Shown here one piece after another: positions 25,770 through 39,583 of a DNA stretch of 64,000 bases. The position numbers and the translations under genes were made by a program. This DNA is from Balamuthia mandrillaris (lineage: Eukaryota), in contig JAVKOQ020000001.1 in NCBI GenBank assembly GCA_031835245.2, forward strand, positions 372,001-436,000. Reading direction: 5' to 3'. The notes under the pieces are model-generated. The model ran no database searches. It was not told the DNA's origin and saw only the letters and a list, made by a program, of their open reading frames with translations. The number at the start of each line of letters is the position of its first letter. Within the stretch, counting starts at the first letter, position 1.

Positions 25770-26489
25770 GAAGAGCAGAGGTACATTATCTTTCTTACTT
25801 TTCTTTCTGCTTTTTTTTAAACTCAGTCCATCTTCATGTCTCATCTCTTGTGAACAGATGAAACAAGGATTCGAAATGGATTGTACCCTGCCTCATGATG
25901 CTCACCAATCAAGTTTTGTCTCTGGCATATGTGGTGCCCGGTTTGTAAAAACGGGGTAATATGAGCCAGTCTCTCTTGTTATTCTTCTGAATGAAACGTC
26001 ATTTTCTTCTACCCTTTCTCCCTCTGTGCTTCCCTCCTCCTCCCCTCTTATGCTACTCTCATCTCCATTCTACAAGTTGCAACCACCTTCAGAGGAATAC
26101 ACATCCAACAGTATTCACCAGGAGTACTTGGCAGCAACAAGCAATGAGCAAGAAGAAAAGCACGTATGGTGCTCAATCGGGTGGCAGCCAAGTAAATAAG
26201 CAAAGACTTTTCTTCTCCTTCTTCTGGCCTCAGCAGTGCGTTTGGACGTGCTTCCGCAGGTACAATGCTGGATCGAGCAGGCCACTCCCCATCCAGAACC
26301 TTTGCTGCGTATTATCAAAAAAAAAAATGAGGGTCTTTGTTTGAGAAGCAACCCTGCAGCAACTGTGCAAGAGTGTAGCAGCAAGGGTGATGTCACCATC
26401 TCTCCCATTCTAAGAAAATTAGGACTATTAGCCTAATAGATCTCCAGGGGAATAAACAAAGAGAAGTGAAGAGAAGAAGGAGGAGGAGG

Positions 26490-27896
26490 ATGTTGGGCGA
26501 AGACGAGCTGGAAGGTAACCCCGGAGCTTTTAGTGACCTTGCGTCCCGTGCCAGTGGTACAGTGGTCCTTTTCACAACTCCATCATCCTTCCTTCATTTT
26601 CACTCATCCTCCACTGTGTCCTTTTTTTTTTTTTGGGTTGTTGCTCACTCGCTTGTAGCGATTCTTGATTTCGATGGGCAGTTTCCTCCTGGTCTGACGG
26701 TGGCATGGAACAGCAGCATCACGCCACGCTTCCAACGCACCATTCGTGCCATGATACTCCCCCCGCACCCCATGTTGGGCTTCACCTACTCCTCTTCTGA
26801 AGCTACCGAACCACAGTTCTTTGACCCTGAAGCAGAAGATGAGGAAGGAGACAGAGAAGAGGAAGAGGATCCTATGAAACCCGCCGAAGCACCAAAAGGG
26901 GAGGAAGAGAAAGAGGAGGCGTCGCCTCGTGCGATGGAGTGTATGTTGAATGGAGACCTTATGTTTGGAGGAATGGTGCAAGGCATGGCCATGTTTCGCT
27001 TTCCTCCTCGCGTGGACAGCATGATCATTGCACTCTCTTCGTTGGAACCTGACAAGTCGATGGTGCCTCACTCATTCTCTTTCTCTCTCTTCTCTTTTCT
27101 TCGCTGCTCTCTACTCCTCTTCTCTTCTATGCTTTAAACGCTATCTCTCCTCTCTTCATTTGTTTTCCGCTGGTTCTCTTTTACCTCTTGTTCTCGTATT
27201 GCCTTTCTATCTTGCCTTTTTTTGTTGCGTGTCATTCTCACTTCTTGCCGAAAGTTTATGAGTCATGTACAGTACAAAGGCGACCGTTATACCACCAAGT
27301 TAGGATACAATTCACAGAAGCACAAATTTGAGGCAGGCCTGCTCGCTGGTGTAACCAATGCCTTGGCTGTTGGAGGAAGTGTTTCCTACGCTGCCGCTAT
27401 TGATAAACCTGGCTGTTCGTTTCTTCCTCTTTGTTTTCATCATCTTTGTCCTCCTCTTCATCTTTCCCTTTTCTTCTTTTTTTTTTAAGTTTTTCTGCTC
27501 TCACCTCACCTTTTGTCCTTTTGTTCCCACACAGTTAGCATAGGATGTCGATATAACTTCAAAGAGCTCGGCAAAGGAAAGCACGAAGAAACACAGCTCA
27601 CCGCCGCCATCAACAACAACCTCAAATCCACCTGCACCTATACCACCCGCGTTCTACCCTCCTGCTTCATGTCCACACGCTACAGCATCGACCTCAACAA
27701 CTTCCACTCCGATGTGGCCATCGGGGCGGAGGTAATGCCGAACCCAAACTTTCCTCTCCTCCTCAAGACCAAGCTGTGCACTCGAACGGGCCTTGCGGCA
27801 GCCCTTGGCGTCGCCACGCCGTTCTTTCGTGTCATGCTTTCTGGCGGCTACAACCCTCAGTTTGGGGTGTTGGCAGGTCTCTCTGTGGAAGTGTAG
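26490..27896 (+). CDS. Eukaryotic porin superfamily beta-barrel, Tom40-like, multi-exon
   Basis: N-terminal NPGAFSDL, alternating beta-strand pattern, VTNALAVGG, SIGCRY, C-terminal beta-signal-like GVLAGLSVEV. Confidence 0.62.
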
Positions 27897-28225
27897 TTCT
27901 GCGAAACGAAACTTTCTTTTCATCTCTTTTCTTTTTGTTTTCTTTTCGTTGGATTCTTACCTTTTTAAAGGTATGCCACGTCACTTTCGCGTCCAATATT
28001 GGACGTCAATTCACCGAAGAAGAAAAAGGTTCAGTAAAAGTGAAGGAAGAAGAAGGAAAGAAGTTTGGCCTCGTGCTTCTTAAATGGAGGTGTTTATTGG
28101 TTGTGTGGAAACTGAGTAAACACACAAAAACCAACGTGACCATTAATTTTGGACTGTTTTGTGTGGAAACTTTTAAAAAAAAAGACCATCACTGACAACA
28201 AAAAACAACCACAAACCATTCAATT

Positions 28226-30189
28226 ATGGAAGGTTCCAAGCCCATCACTGAAGACGTGAGGGAAGCCAACGGTGAAACCGGCTTCTACGTAGAACCCAAG
28301 AAAGACTGCCCTCACTTGAAAGAGTTTTTCACTCCCGACATCAACAAAATCGCCGCCAACGCTCCTTGGTGAGTGTCTTTTTTTTTTTTGCCATCAAGAC
28401 CCTCACCTTCTCGTACCCTCACTGACCCTCACTGACGCTCTCTTTTTGTTTACCCAGTGAGGACTGTGGCCACCGAGATGAAAACTGGGTTTGTCTGACC
28501 TGCTCCAAACGCTTCTGCTCTCGCTACGTGAAGGGCCACATGGTCAGCCACAACGAAGCCTCGGGGCATCAGATAGCGGCCAGCTACTCTGACTTGTCTG
28601 TCTGGTGCTACGCCTGTGAGTCGTACATCACTCACCCCACCCTTGCCAATCTTCTCAAGCGGATGAGCATGAGCAAGTTTGGTGATGCTGGCACTGGCGG
28701 ACGGTACACTGCCCACAAGACCGTGGAGCAAATGGTCGAACGACATGATGAACCCGAAGTATTGCAACAGAAGGTTTGATATCTGCTGAGGGACGAGCAG
28801 AGAGAAGAGAGTCGAGAGCCGAGAGAAGAGAGAAGAAGAGCGAATGTGATGAAATGCCAGTTTTGCTCATGCTACGATGATATCTAGATCAAACAACTGG
28901 CAGACATGATCCGAGAGAGCAAGCACTGCATCGCATTCACAGGAGCAGGCATTTCCACTAGCGCAGGTGTGCCAGACTTTCGAGGTCCTCAGGGCGTGTG
29001 GACACTGGCTGCCACTGGTGGCAAACGAACGGAACGAACAGTACCTATGCTGAGCGCTCTACCCACACCCTCCCACATGGGCCTTGTGAAGCTGCAAGAC
29101 CAAGGAATACTCAAGTATCTCATCTCCCAAAACGTGGACGGACTGCACCGAAGGAGCGGCATTCTTCCCGAGAACATTAGTGAGCTTCACGGCAACAGTA
29201 ATATCGAAGTCTGCGAGATCTGCGGCAAAGAGTACCTGAGGGACTTCTCTACCTCCGACGGAGCTTCTGTACGCCACTACACAGGGCGTACTTGCTCCGT
29301 CGCCAACTGTGGTGGTCTCCTGCTCGATACCATCGTAGGTTTTGGCGAGAGCCTTCCCTTCCACGTCGTACAACGCAGCTACGAGCATAGCGAACTGTCC
29401 GACCTCTGCCTGTGCTTGGGATCCTCTCTGACTGTCGCTCCTGCCAACGATATGCCTCGCACCGTCGCAAAGAAAGGAGGCAACATGGTTATTGTCAACC
29501 TCCAAAACACACCCTTGGATTCTATCGCGACTCTTCGCATCTATGGCAAGTGCGATGAAGTTATGGAAGGCGTCATGAAGGAGCTGCAGATGGATATCCC
29601 TCCTTTCCTTCTCCGCCGAAGAGTCAACGTCGCCCAACGTGACAACAAGCTGAGCATCTCTGTTATCGACGTGGACGGCACTCCCATGTCCATCTTCTCC
29701 GAGGTGGCCCTCCAGTTTGGCTCCGGCAAGACCGCCTTCTTGGATTTGGATAGCAACGGCAGCAACCTAGCTTTCGTCTTTGACGTTCCAGAAGGAGAAG
29801 AAACGGTCGAGATCAGAACCAACTTTATGGGACACTACAACGAGCCTACTTTCACCCTGCAACACGTCCTCCAGAACGATACCTGCAAGAAGCTTCTGCT
29901 GAGTTACGACCCTAGTGTTGGCCAATGGAGTTGTGAGGAGAGATCAGGTGAAGAAGGAAGAGAAGAAGAGGAAGCGTCTGCCTCTACTTGCAACGATGCG
30001 CACATAGAAAAAATGCCGGATAGAGTGCTGAACCAAGACCACGAGCATGAGCTGCACAAGTGCCCGAAGATCTACCAAGGGGCGTACCGTTGTAACAAGT
30101 GCTTGAAGGTGGGAGTCGGTTGGGTGTACACCTGCAAGGCCTGCCAGTATGACCTTCACCCCGGCTGTGCCATTTGGAGGAGACACTAA
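28226..30189 (+). CDS. Class IV (SIRT6/7-like) sirtuin with N-terminal ZnF-UBP and C-terminal C1-like (DC1) domain, three exons
   Basis: CPHL...CEDC...NWVCLTCSKRFCSRYVKGHM...H...DLSVWCYACESY (ZnF-UBP); GAGISTSAGVPDFRGPQGVWT, SQNVDGLH, ELHGN, GSSL, VNLQ; HEHEL..CNKC..YTCKACQYDLHPGC. Confidence 0.92.
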
Positions 30190-30314
30190 AAGCGAACCGA
30201 CTTTGCTAGTTTTTTTTTCTTTCTTCTTTTTGTACAAAGAAAACACTTCCCCTTTTATGGGTATGTTTCTGCGTCTCTTCAAACAGCTAAGCAAGAAAGA
30301 AGGCCGAACAAAAG

Positions 30315-31309
30315 ATGGCTTGGAACGGGTGCCTTCGGGCGTTCAGAGTGACTATTCTGCTGGTCGTACTTGCTGCTCCTTTCACTTGGTGTGAGGCAGA
30401 AGAAGAAGAAGGGCAGTGCGGAAGCGGTGAGGAAGGCTCATGTCCAGACCAGGAGCTGCTACAACGGTTGTGGGAGGCCGAGCTGACAAAAGAAAGCCCC
30501 GTCCTCAACTTGACGGACAGCGACTTTGATCAGCACACGAAGGAGAAGCAAGAGAGCTGGGTCCTCAACTTTTACGCTCCTTGGTGTCCTCACTCCAAAA
30601 AATGGAGTCCCATCTTCGAGCAAACGGCTCGTTGGTTTCGGTTCACCCGCAGTGCCATAAACTTTGCTCAGATCAACAGCGTCAAAGGTTTCTTTCTCGG
30701 TGTTGTGCTTTTCTTCTTGTTTTCTTCCTTCTTATTCTTTAATCTTCGTCGCTTTAAACAGCAAAACAACTAGTGGGTCGCTTTGGAGTGTCCAGTTGGC
30801 CAACCGTCATCTTCTACGCCAACCACTCCGCTATAACAATGCCCGGCGCCAAATCCGTCGCCACGTTAACCCATTTCATAACAGGAGGCTTTAACGTCAC
30901 TTCCCACAAGCTTCATCTCAACATCACCAACAAAGAAGAGGCAGAAGAGCAACTCGTTGTGAAGTTTGTGCCGAGCCCGTTTGAGTACGAGGTGATGCAA
31001 AAGTGGGCGCGGTTGGAGGGAGGAGTGAAGCGAGTCTTTGGGTTCAGTATTTGGTGGTTGGTAGGAACGATGGCGCTTATTGCAGTTGCCATTTGTTCGT
31101 TGTTTGGTTGGTTGGCGCTTTGTCTTCGTGTTGTGGTGGAAGATGAAGCAGATGAAGGAGAATCGAGCGTAGAAAAGAAGAGAAAAGGAGAGGAGACAGA
31201 GGAGAAGAGGAGGAGAGAAGGCATGAAGTTGTTGGAGAAAGACAAGGTGAATGAAAGGCTTCGAAAGAGGAGGGCAAAAAAGAAGAAGCAAACTTCGACA
31301 GCTGAATAA
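30315..31309 (+). CDS. Membrane-anchored ER thioredoxin-domain (TMX/PDI-like) protein, two exons
   Basis: Signal peptide, LTDSDFD, FYAPWCPHS, GVSSWPT cis-Pro loop, one TM helix, basic tail. Confidence 0.85.
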
Positions 31310-31334
31310 AATACAATCCGTTTTTTTTTTTCGT

Positions 31335-31466
31335 TCACTTTGTTCGAGGAAACCATGGCAAGAAGGCGTTTGTTGAGTTTTGGTAATGGCTATATCCTGG
31401 TTTCTTCTTTTTTAAAGAATACTCCAACATTGCAACCCCTAGAGAGAGGGAGCGAGAAAGCGGGGA

Positions 31467-31501
<35 letters not shown>

Positions 31502-32758
31502 GAGAGAGAGAACAAGAGAGAAGATGTTATAACAAGTTGAAAATGTCAAAAAGGAGAGCATGCGTGAAGTACCAGAAACTTTAAGCAATAAATAGTTCAT
31601 CAAAGCGGGACTGAAGAATGTGGCCCAGCCTCTCCGCACGGAACATGCCATCAGATAAAATCCCCAAAACATTGTTGCATTGCCAAAGTAATTTGGATGT
31701 CTGTTGATGGAAGAAGTAAGACGGTAGAAGCGGAGAACGAGCAAGGATAGAAGCAGAGGAGAGCAAAGAACCTGCTGTAACGCCAAAGACCAGTGTTTAA
31801 CAGTTTTCCTCGATTGGAGGGATCTGCCTTGAACCTGGCCAACTGAAAGTCGCTCACACTTTCAAAGATGAAGCCAACGAACCACAGAAAAGCACCACAA
31901 TAGTCCAGCATCCCGAGGTGCGAACCCTCCCAAAGAGTTTTTCTTCGCTCTTGCTCGGTTGCCTTTCCTTTTCTCTTTTCTTCATCATTGTTTGGTTGGT
32001 TCTCCTCCGGTAGCTGAGCTGATAACAAGGGTTGAGAGATAACGAAACACAACAACTACAGTTGTTGAAACGGATGATATATCAGTGCAAGAGAAACAAA
32101 GAAGCAGACAAGCGAAGAGGGCACAGGGAAAAGACGAGAAAGAGAGAAAGGAGGAGACGAATAGAATACCAACCGCTTGAAGAAGGAATGTTTGAAAGAA
32201 CGAGAGCCACCAAAACTTTTGTCCAAACTTCTTTCTCATAGCCCTATACCTAAAGTCTTTCCCACGGAATGAGCGAGCGAGAAGGAACAGAGAGAGAGAG
32301 AGAGAGAGAGAGAACGAGTGAGTGAGAGAGATGAGTTTGATCAAGCAGAACACACACCAAAAAAAAAACCGAACAAACGAACCTTCGCCAACGCCATGAT
32401 TCCTCCAAGTGAGATAGGCCGAGAGACGAACGGCCCACAGGCTCACCGTCGACAGGATCAAAGCCTTCCGTTTGGGGTTACCCTTGCTAGTTTCTGGGTG
32501 AACGCTGTACACCCATGACAACAGCATAAATCCTTTTATTTTAACAATCTATTAAAGAAGTCGGCTTCGATTTCGATCGAATTCACTTGTTGATTTCGAG
32601 GGGGGAACTGTACCGAGGCTCCAAAAGGAATCCACGATGGAGACGTCCCTCTTCACGACGGACACCAGCCAGAGCAACCCCGAACCCGCCACGAGGGTCG
32701 ATAGACCCAACCTTCGCGCCGACCCTCCTCCCCCCCACCACAACCCCCCTCTCTCCAT
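31335..32758 (-). CDS. DUF1295 / steroid 5-alpha-reductase-like membrane protein, multi-exon
   Basis: SIVDSFWS, WAVRLSAYL, DFRY, ESVSDFQLARFK, TGLWRYSRHPNYFG, last exon MLE...YQNSTNAFLPWFP. Confidence 0.92.
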
Positions 32759-33557
32759 CTCTCTCGCTACTTTTTTTTTTTCGTAGTGCAAGGCAAGGAA
32801 GGGTCAGGTGCTCTCCCACGTTTATTAGTATTCGTATTTATTCAAATCCTTTTCTTTGATTTCTTTTCTTCCTTCCTGCACACGATCGGCTGGAACCACC
32901 TTAAACGTAAAACCACCAAGTCTTCTTCGTCTTCCATCCTTCCTTCCTTCCACTCCCTTCTTCTTTCTCGTTGCATCGTTTCTTTTCCATCTCTTCTCTT
33001 CTTTTTTTTTTTGGGGTTTTTTTCTTTTTCATTTTTATTTTTTTGTTGAATTTTTTGACAAAAAAGAAAAGCAAAAAAAAGTTACAGTTTTTTTTTGGTG
33101 GAGATTTCATCAGAGAACAGAGAGGCGAACCGCAGAAGACAGGCCGAACCAACTCCCCTTTTTGTGGCGGCGGTTAAGCTCAACGCTTTCTTTTTTTTTG
33201 TGTTCACCGTTCTTTTTCTTTTTTTTTTTTTAAAAAAGAAGAAGAAGAAAAAAAAAGGAGTTCATCGTTTTTTTTTTCTTTCCTTCTGGTTTTGGTGGTG
33301 GTGGTGCTTAAGGTGCGCCTCCTCTCCTTTGCTTTTTTTTTTAAAGTGCTTTCTTCCTTACTTTTTGGGGTTCATCCAAAGTTGATTCTTCTTCGTTGTT
33401 CCTTTTTGTTGTTGCTTCAGGAGTTGGTGGTGGTGGAAGTGAGGATAGATTCTCATCTTTCCATCCCATTCCCAGGTCCTCATCGGATTGTTTTTTTTTT
33501 TTTTGTTGACGTGGTGGAGCAAACGAGGAGAGAAGCAGCAAGCAGCGAAAGAAGAAG

Positions 33558-33740
33558 ATGAGCTCGAACCCCTACACTGACAACCTCAGGCGCACTGGGG
33601 TTTCCAGTGTTGACTCGTATGACACGGGGCGGCGGAGGTGGCTCAAGAAGAAGCCATACTTTGATCCCTCTGCTTCTGCTGGTAACACCACCCAGAAATT
33701 GGTACCTTACACCTCTTCACCTGTCTTTCTCTGCTGCTGT

Positions 33741-33780
<40 letters not shown>

Positions 33781-36700
33781 CTCTTCTCTCCTATTCCTTT
33801 CTCTTGTAACTCCTCTCACACACACACACACACTCTCTCTCTCTCTCTCTCTCTCCTTTCCGACCAAACTTAACTCGATCTTTTTTTTTGTTCATCACCA
33901 ACTTAGTACGAGTCAGAAAGCGACTCCTACTACAGTTCTGACTTGGACAGCGCCGAGGAAAACTCTGACAGCGAGGCGACCATCAGTGATACCTCCCTCT
34001 TTCCCGCAGATCGTGGAGATGGCGATAGCTCCACCGATGAAGAAGAAGGAGAAGAAGGAGAAGGAGAAAAGTCCGAGTCACAGCCAGAGCAAACAAACAG
34101 CAAAAGAGAAGAGACACAAAATACAAAAGGACAAAACGACTATGATGATGATGACTATGACGATGACGAGGATGATGACGACGACGGAGACAATGGAAGA
34201 CCAAAAAAGCCACCACGGCTCATCTATCTTAATGAGTTTGAGAGGAACAATGCTTTGACCAATTATGCCAGCAACTATGTCTCCACCACCAAATACAAAG
34301 TGTGGAACTTTCTTTTCAAGAATCTATGGGAGCAGTTTCATCGAGTAGCCAACGTCTACTTTCTTATCATCGCATTGATCACCATGACTCCGGTTTCACC
34401 CATCGCACCTGGCGCCTTTGTGATGGCCCTGGTCACTGTCTTGGGAGCTACTGCCATCAAAGAGGCCATCGAAGATTGGGTACATTCTCAATTGCTGTTT
34501 CTCCTGCTTCTTGTTTAACGATTATGTTTGGACTTACTCTTGTATTCTCGCGTCAATAATAGAAACGTTACATCTCCGATAAACGTGTCAACTCTCGAGC
34601 ATGTGCCGTTCTGAGAGGTGGGCAATGCAGGTGAGGAACAGCAACACCCATTCCCTTCCTCTCTTTTAGTTGGTTGCTTTCATAATAGTTGTATTTTGAC
34701 CGACATTCATTGGTGATGACAGGTTGAACGAACGTGGAGAAGCAGAGCCGCTTGCGATGGAGCAGATTGGTTGGGAGAGGGTTGAATGGAAGGACATCCG
34801 CGTGGGTGATCTCGTGCGCATTCGAGATTGGCAACCCTTCCCTGCTGATTTGTTACTGCTATCCAGCAGTAATCCTGGTGGTATTTGCTACATCGAAACT
34901 GCCAATTTGGATGGGTACCTTTCTCTCTCTCTCTCTCTCTCTCTCTCATGCTAATAGCTCTCTCTTATATTTTCCTTTCTTGCTCTTTTCGGTAAACAGA
35001 GAAACAAACTTGAAGATCAGACAAGCACCAAAGGAAACAATGAACGCTCATTCAACGAACCAGTTGCTGAGTTTGAAAGGAGCAGTGGAATGCGAGCAAC
35101 CAAATGAACATTTGTACAAATTCGAAGGATCGCTCACTGTAAATGTCAACGGAGAAAAGAAGACGGTTCCGCTTGATACTGCTCAATTGCTGCTAAGAGT
35201 ACTTATTCTTCTCGCTCTTCTTATATTTCTTCTCGTGAACTGACTTTTTACGAACAAAAATCAGGGATCTATACTTAGGAACACCGATCACATTTATGGC
35301 CTTGTATTATACACTGGTCACGAAAGCAAATACATGTTGAACACTACGTACGTTAAAGTTTACTTTAAAACACAAACAACAGTTTGCACTGACGAGCACT
35401 TTGTATGGAACAGCGAGCCACCCTATAAGTTTAGTCGTTTGGAAAAGTTCATGAACAAACTCATTTTGTTGGTGCTTGCGGTAGAGATCTTTCTCGTTCT
35501 AGTGAGTGCCATTGTTGGTGGCATATGGCAAGAAGTACAAGGAGAGGACATGTGGTATCTCGGCGACTCGGGCGAACCCTTCTGGGACATTATATCCAAC
35601 ATGTTCACTTTTGTGGTGCTGTACTCCCCGATGGTGCCCATCTCACTCTACGTCAGCATTGAGTTTGTGAGAGTGGCTCAAGCCATGCTTATCAACAATG
35701 ACTTGCAAATGTATAACTGGGAGACAGATACACCGGCCTTGGCGAGGACTTCAAACCTTAACGAAGAATTAGGACAAGTGGAGTATATCTTTTCGGATAA
35801 GACTGGTACTCTCACTTGTAACCAAATGGTCTTTCGCTGCTTCAGTGCTGGTGGAGCACAGTACGGAAAGATACCGCTTCTCTGTCAATCCACTGTTCAT
35901 CCCACCACCAACAAACCTTCACCACTGAAAACAGTCCGGTCACTCAAAAACGAAACTCAATCCTCTTCTTCTCAACCGGTCTCTTCTTTCTCACCTCTCT
36001 TTCCTCCCTCGGAAGACCACGAAGGAGAGGACGCAGAAAGAGAAGACAAACAAAAGAGATCCTACAAAGGCACCCCCTTTGATAAAAGAACCGATCGCGG
36101 AGGTGATTTTGATGATGCTGATCAAATAGAGATGCAGCCCTTGCCAAGTCACTGTACGTATAGCTTTTTGTTTTAAACTTTTGACATAAAAGCACTAACG
36201 TGTGTTCTTCTTTGACTATCAACAGCAAATACTACTACCTCTGAATCAGAACAAACAGATGATGATACGTATGATTCAGAGTCAGACCTATCCGAATGGG
36301 AAGAAGAGACATTTGAACCTCGCATTCAATCGCCAGACGTTGACTTTGAGGACAACAAACTGTTTGAACACTTGGAGGATGAGGACAGCCTTAGCTTTGC
36401 TCACTCCTCTGACCTTCGCGAGTTCCTCACCATTCTCGCCGTTTGTCATACAGTCATTCCTGAAGTGTTATTGGAGCCTTCTGGTACCCTGCTTTCTCTC
36501 TTCTTGCTTTCTCTTTCTCCTGCTAACGGTTTTACCTCCAAACAAACAAACAAACAAACAAACAAACAAACAAACAAACAAACAAACAAACAAACAAACA
36601 AACAAACAAACAAACAAACAAACAAACAAACAAACAAACAAACAAACAAACAAACAAACAAACAAACAAACAAACAAACAAACAAACAAACAAACAAACA

Positions 36701-37507
36701 AACAAACAAACAAACAAACAAAAAAAAAAGAGCAAGGAGGATATACGTCTACAAACGATGAATTTGAAGAAATAGGCCTCTCTCCATCCCTCCAAAAAAA
36801 CATCCGCTACCAAGCCGCCTCCCCCGATGAGTCCGCTTTGGTCTCCGCCGCCAAACAATTCGGCTTTTTCTTCCACGAACGCACTCACAACAGCGTCACG
36901 GTCAACATCTTGGGCGTGGACGAGACCTTTGAGATCCTCAACGTCCTCCAATTCACCTCATCTCGAAGACGCATGTCTGTTATCGTCCGCACCTCCGACG
37001 GACAGATCAAGCTCTTCTGCAAAGGTGCCGACTCGGTCATCTTCGAGCGGCTGTTGCCTTTCCATGAGCAGACCACTCATCGTCAGGACGCAACGCGTAT
37101 TACTAGAAAGCACATTGATGAGTTCGCATCGGCAGGTCTGAGGACGCTGTGCGTGGCTCGGACAACGTTAGATCCCTTTGCCTATGCTCAGTGGAACGCG
37201 CTCTATCGCAAGGCCAGCGTGGCTTTGGTAAACAGAGATGCAAAACTAGCGCACGTGGCGGAGCAGATAGAGACTAACTTAGAGTTGATTGGTGCAACGG
37301 GTATCGAGGATCGCTTGCAGGATGGTGTACCAGAGACCATTGACACGCTTATGGTTGCTGGATTGAAGATATGGGTTTTGACCGGAGATAAACGCGAAAC
37401 GGCTGTTAATGTTGCCAAGGTTCGTTTTTCTCAGCTCGGCTGTTTGCTCTTTCTTCTCTCTCTCTCTCTCTCTCTCTCTCTTTCATATTTTGTTGCCTAA
37501 AAATCTC

Positions 37508-37540
<33 letters not shown>

Positions 37541-38462
37541 AAACAAGGCCTGTAACTTGTTGAAAAAGAACATGTCGGTGCTTACACTCAAGACCGAGAC
37601 CAAGGCATCCACTAAAAAAGAGTTGGACCGCATGCTTCGGTTCGTGCAAGAAAACAGGTTGAACACCGGAACCGGCAACGTCTACTACAAATCCGCTATC
37701 ATCGATGATTCTCTAGATGATGTACCAAAAGAAATGGAACGCGCGCAGGGTTCCACGTCACCACGAAAGCCTTGGAACTTCATGCACATGAACGAAGAAG
37801 AAGAACTGGAACACAATGATGGTGCGCACGACAAGGATGAGGAGGAAGCTGGATCGGAGAGAAAGTTTGCATTGGTAGCGGAAGGACACTCGTTGGTCTA
37901 CGCTTTGGAGCCCGATGTTAAAGAGCGACTGCTGGCTCTTGCAAAGCACTGCCACACGGTCATTTGCTGCAGGGCCACACCGCTGCAGAAAACGTTGGTC
38001 GTGAAGCTCATTAGAGAGAAAACTAAGGCAACCACCCTTGCCATTGGTGATGGCGCTAATGACGTCTCTATGATTCAGGTTCTCTCTCTCTCTCTCTCTC
38101 TCTCTCCTTCTGAGTGTTTATTCTAACTTCCAACAATGTTTTTAAAGGCTGCACATGTAGGAGTTGGTATAAGTGGAAGAGAAGGAATGCAAGCTGTGAT
38201 GGCATCTGACTATGCGATCGCACAGGTTAGCACTCTTCACTTATTTTTTACCTTGGGAATGTAACTCACATCATTTTTCTGTTTCAGTTCCGCTTCTTGA
38301 AAAGACTGTTGTTGGTTCATGGTCGAAATTCCTACAAACGGATCTCTCTCATCGTTCTCTACTTTTTCTACAAAAACATCCTCATCGCGTTGCTCAATCT
38401 CTGGTGTGCTTTCTTTACTGGTTTCTCTGGCCAGGTTTGTATTTTATTTTCTATCATCTGTC

Positions 38463-38505
<43 letters not shown>

Positions 38506-39434
38506 GAGTAAATTATTGATGTTTGTTGTTCTGTATTATCAGACTGTGTGGGACAGTTATTCTGGCATAGGATACAATCTCGTCTTTACGGCTCTGCCTA
38601 TTCTCTTTGCCGCTACCATCGAACAAGACGTTCCAATAATTGCTTTAGAACGTTATCCACGTCTCTACAGGTATCTCGCGTTCTTTTCCTTTTTTTTTTC
38701 CTCCTCCTCTCTCTTCTCAAACAATAACATGAATACAAAATAAACAATAGCGATGGACCCAGAAAGATAGCTCTGAACACAGGTGTTTTCTTACGGTGGT
38801 GCTTCTCCGCGGTGTTCGCCTCTCTCCTCTGCTTTGCCATCCCGTTCCTCGCTTTCGACACGCCGCGTGCCAACGGACAGGACTTTGGCATATGGGAACT
38901 CAACACCGCCATTTACACTTGTTGCATTCTCGTCGCCAACTTTAAGCTCGTTGTGGAAACTTCGTACGTTTTTCTTGCTTCACCCTCTTTTTTCTGTTTT
39001 ATCTCATTGAACGCTTTACAACGAAAAACAGAACATGGACGTGGATAACGCACGTGGTGATGTGGACGACAATAGCCAGTTGGTTCGTGGCGGGAGCCAT
39101 CTACTCCTCCTACATGTTCCTTTGGCTCTCTCCTCATATTTACTGGACTCAGTTTGTGCTTTACGAGTCTCTGGTCTTCTGGCTTTCGTGCATTCTCGTC
39201 GTTTTCTTGTCTCTTCTTCCCGATGTCGTCTACAACTAGTACGTTTTCTTTTTGGCTTGCTTGTTTGCTATCTTATTGGAATGCTGACTGGTTGAAAAAA
39301 AAAAAAACAACAGTATCATGAGAAACTATTACCCAGAGAACTATCAGATAGTGCAGGAAGTGTTCCAGCAAGAAAACAGCAAAAAGAGCAAATTGTTCTC
39401 AAGGGCAGCTCCCGTCTATGTGAACGGAGGCTAA
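33558..39434 (+). CDS. P4-type ATPase phospholipid flippase, multi-exon
   Basis: NYVSTTKY, spliced [54 protein letters not shown]. Confidence 0.97.
36539..36721 (+). repeat. (AAAC)n microsatellite, about 45 units, intronic
   Basis: Perfect tetranucleotide array in flippase intron 36484-36730. Confidence 0.98.
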
Positions 39435-39583
39435 AATAGAAACAACAACTAATGGCGAACTCTTATTTTTGCGTGTGTACAACGTTTTTGTTTGTTTGCC
39501 AGTTTAGTATAACTTTTTTTTTTGATAACCATTTAAAACTCGTCTTCCTCTTCTTCATCCTGCTTTCATCCTTCTTCTTTTCT

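Noticed and set aside
25780..26440. Possible gene between YhhN and the Tom40-like gene
   Set aside because: Short ORFs, no motif, no consistent exon chain
32800..33550. Phe/Lys-rich ORFs
   Set aside because: T-rich promoter or 5'UTR low-complexity sequence
36446..36951. ORFs with NKQT or FVCL repeats
   Set aside because: Translations of the intronic (AAAC)n microsatellite
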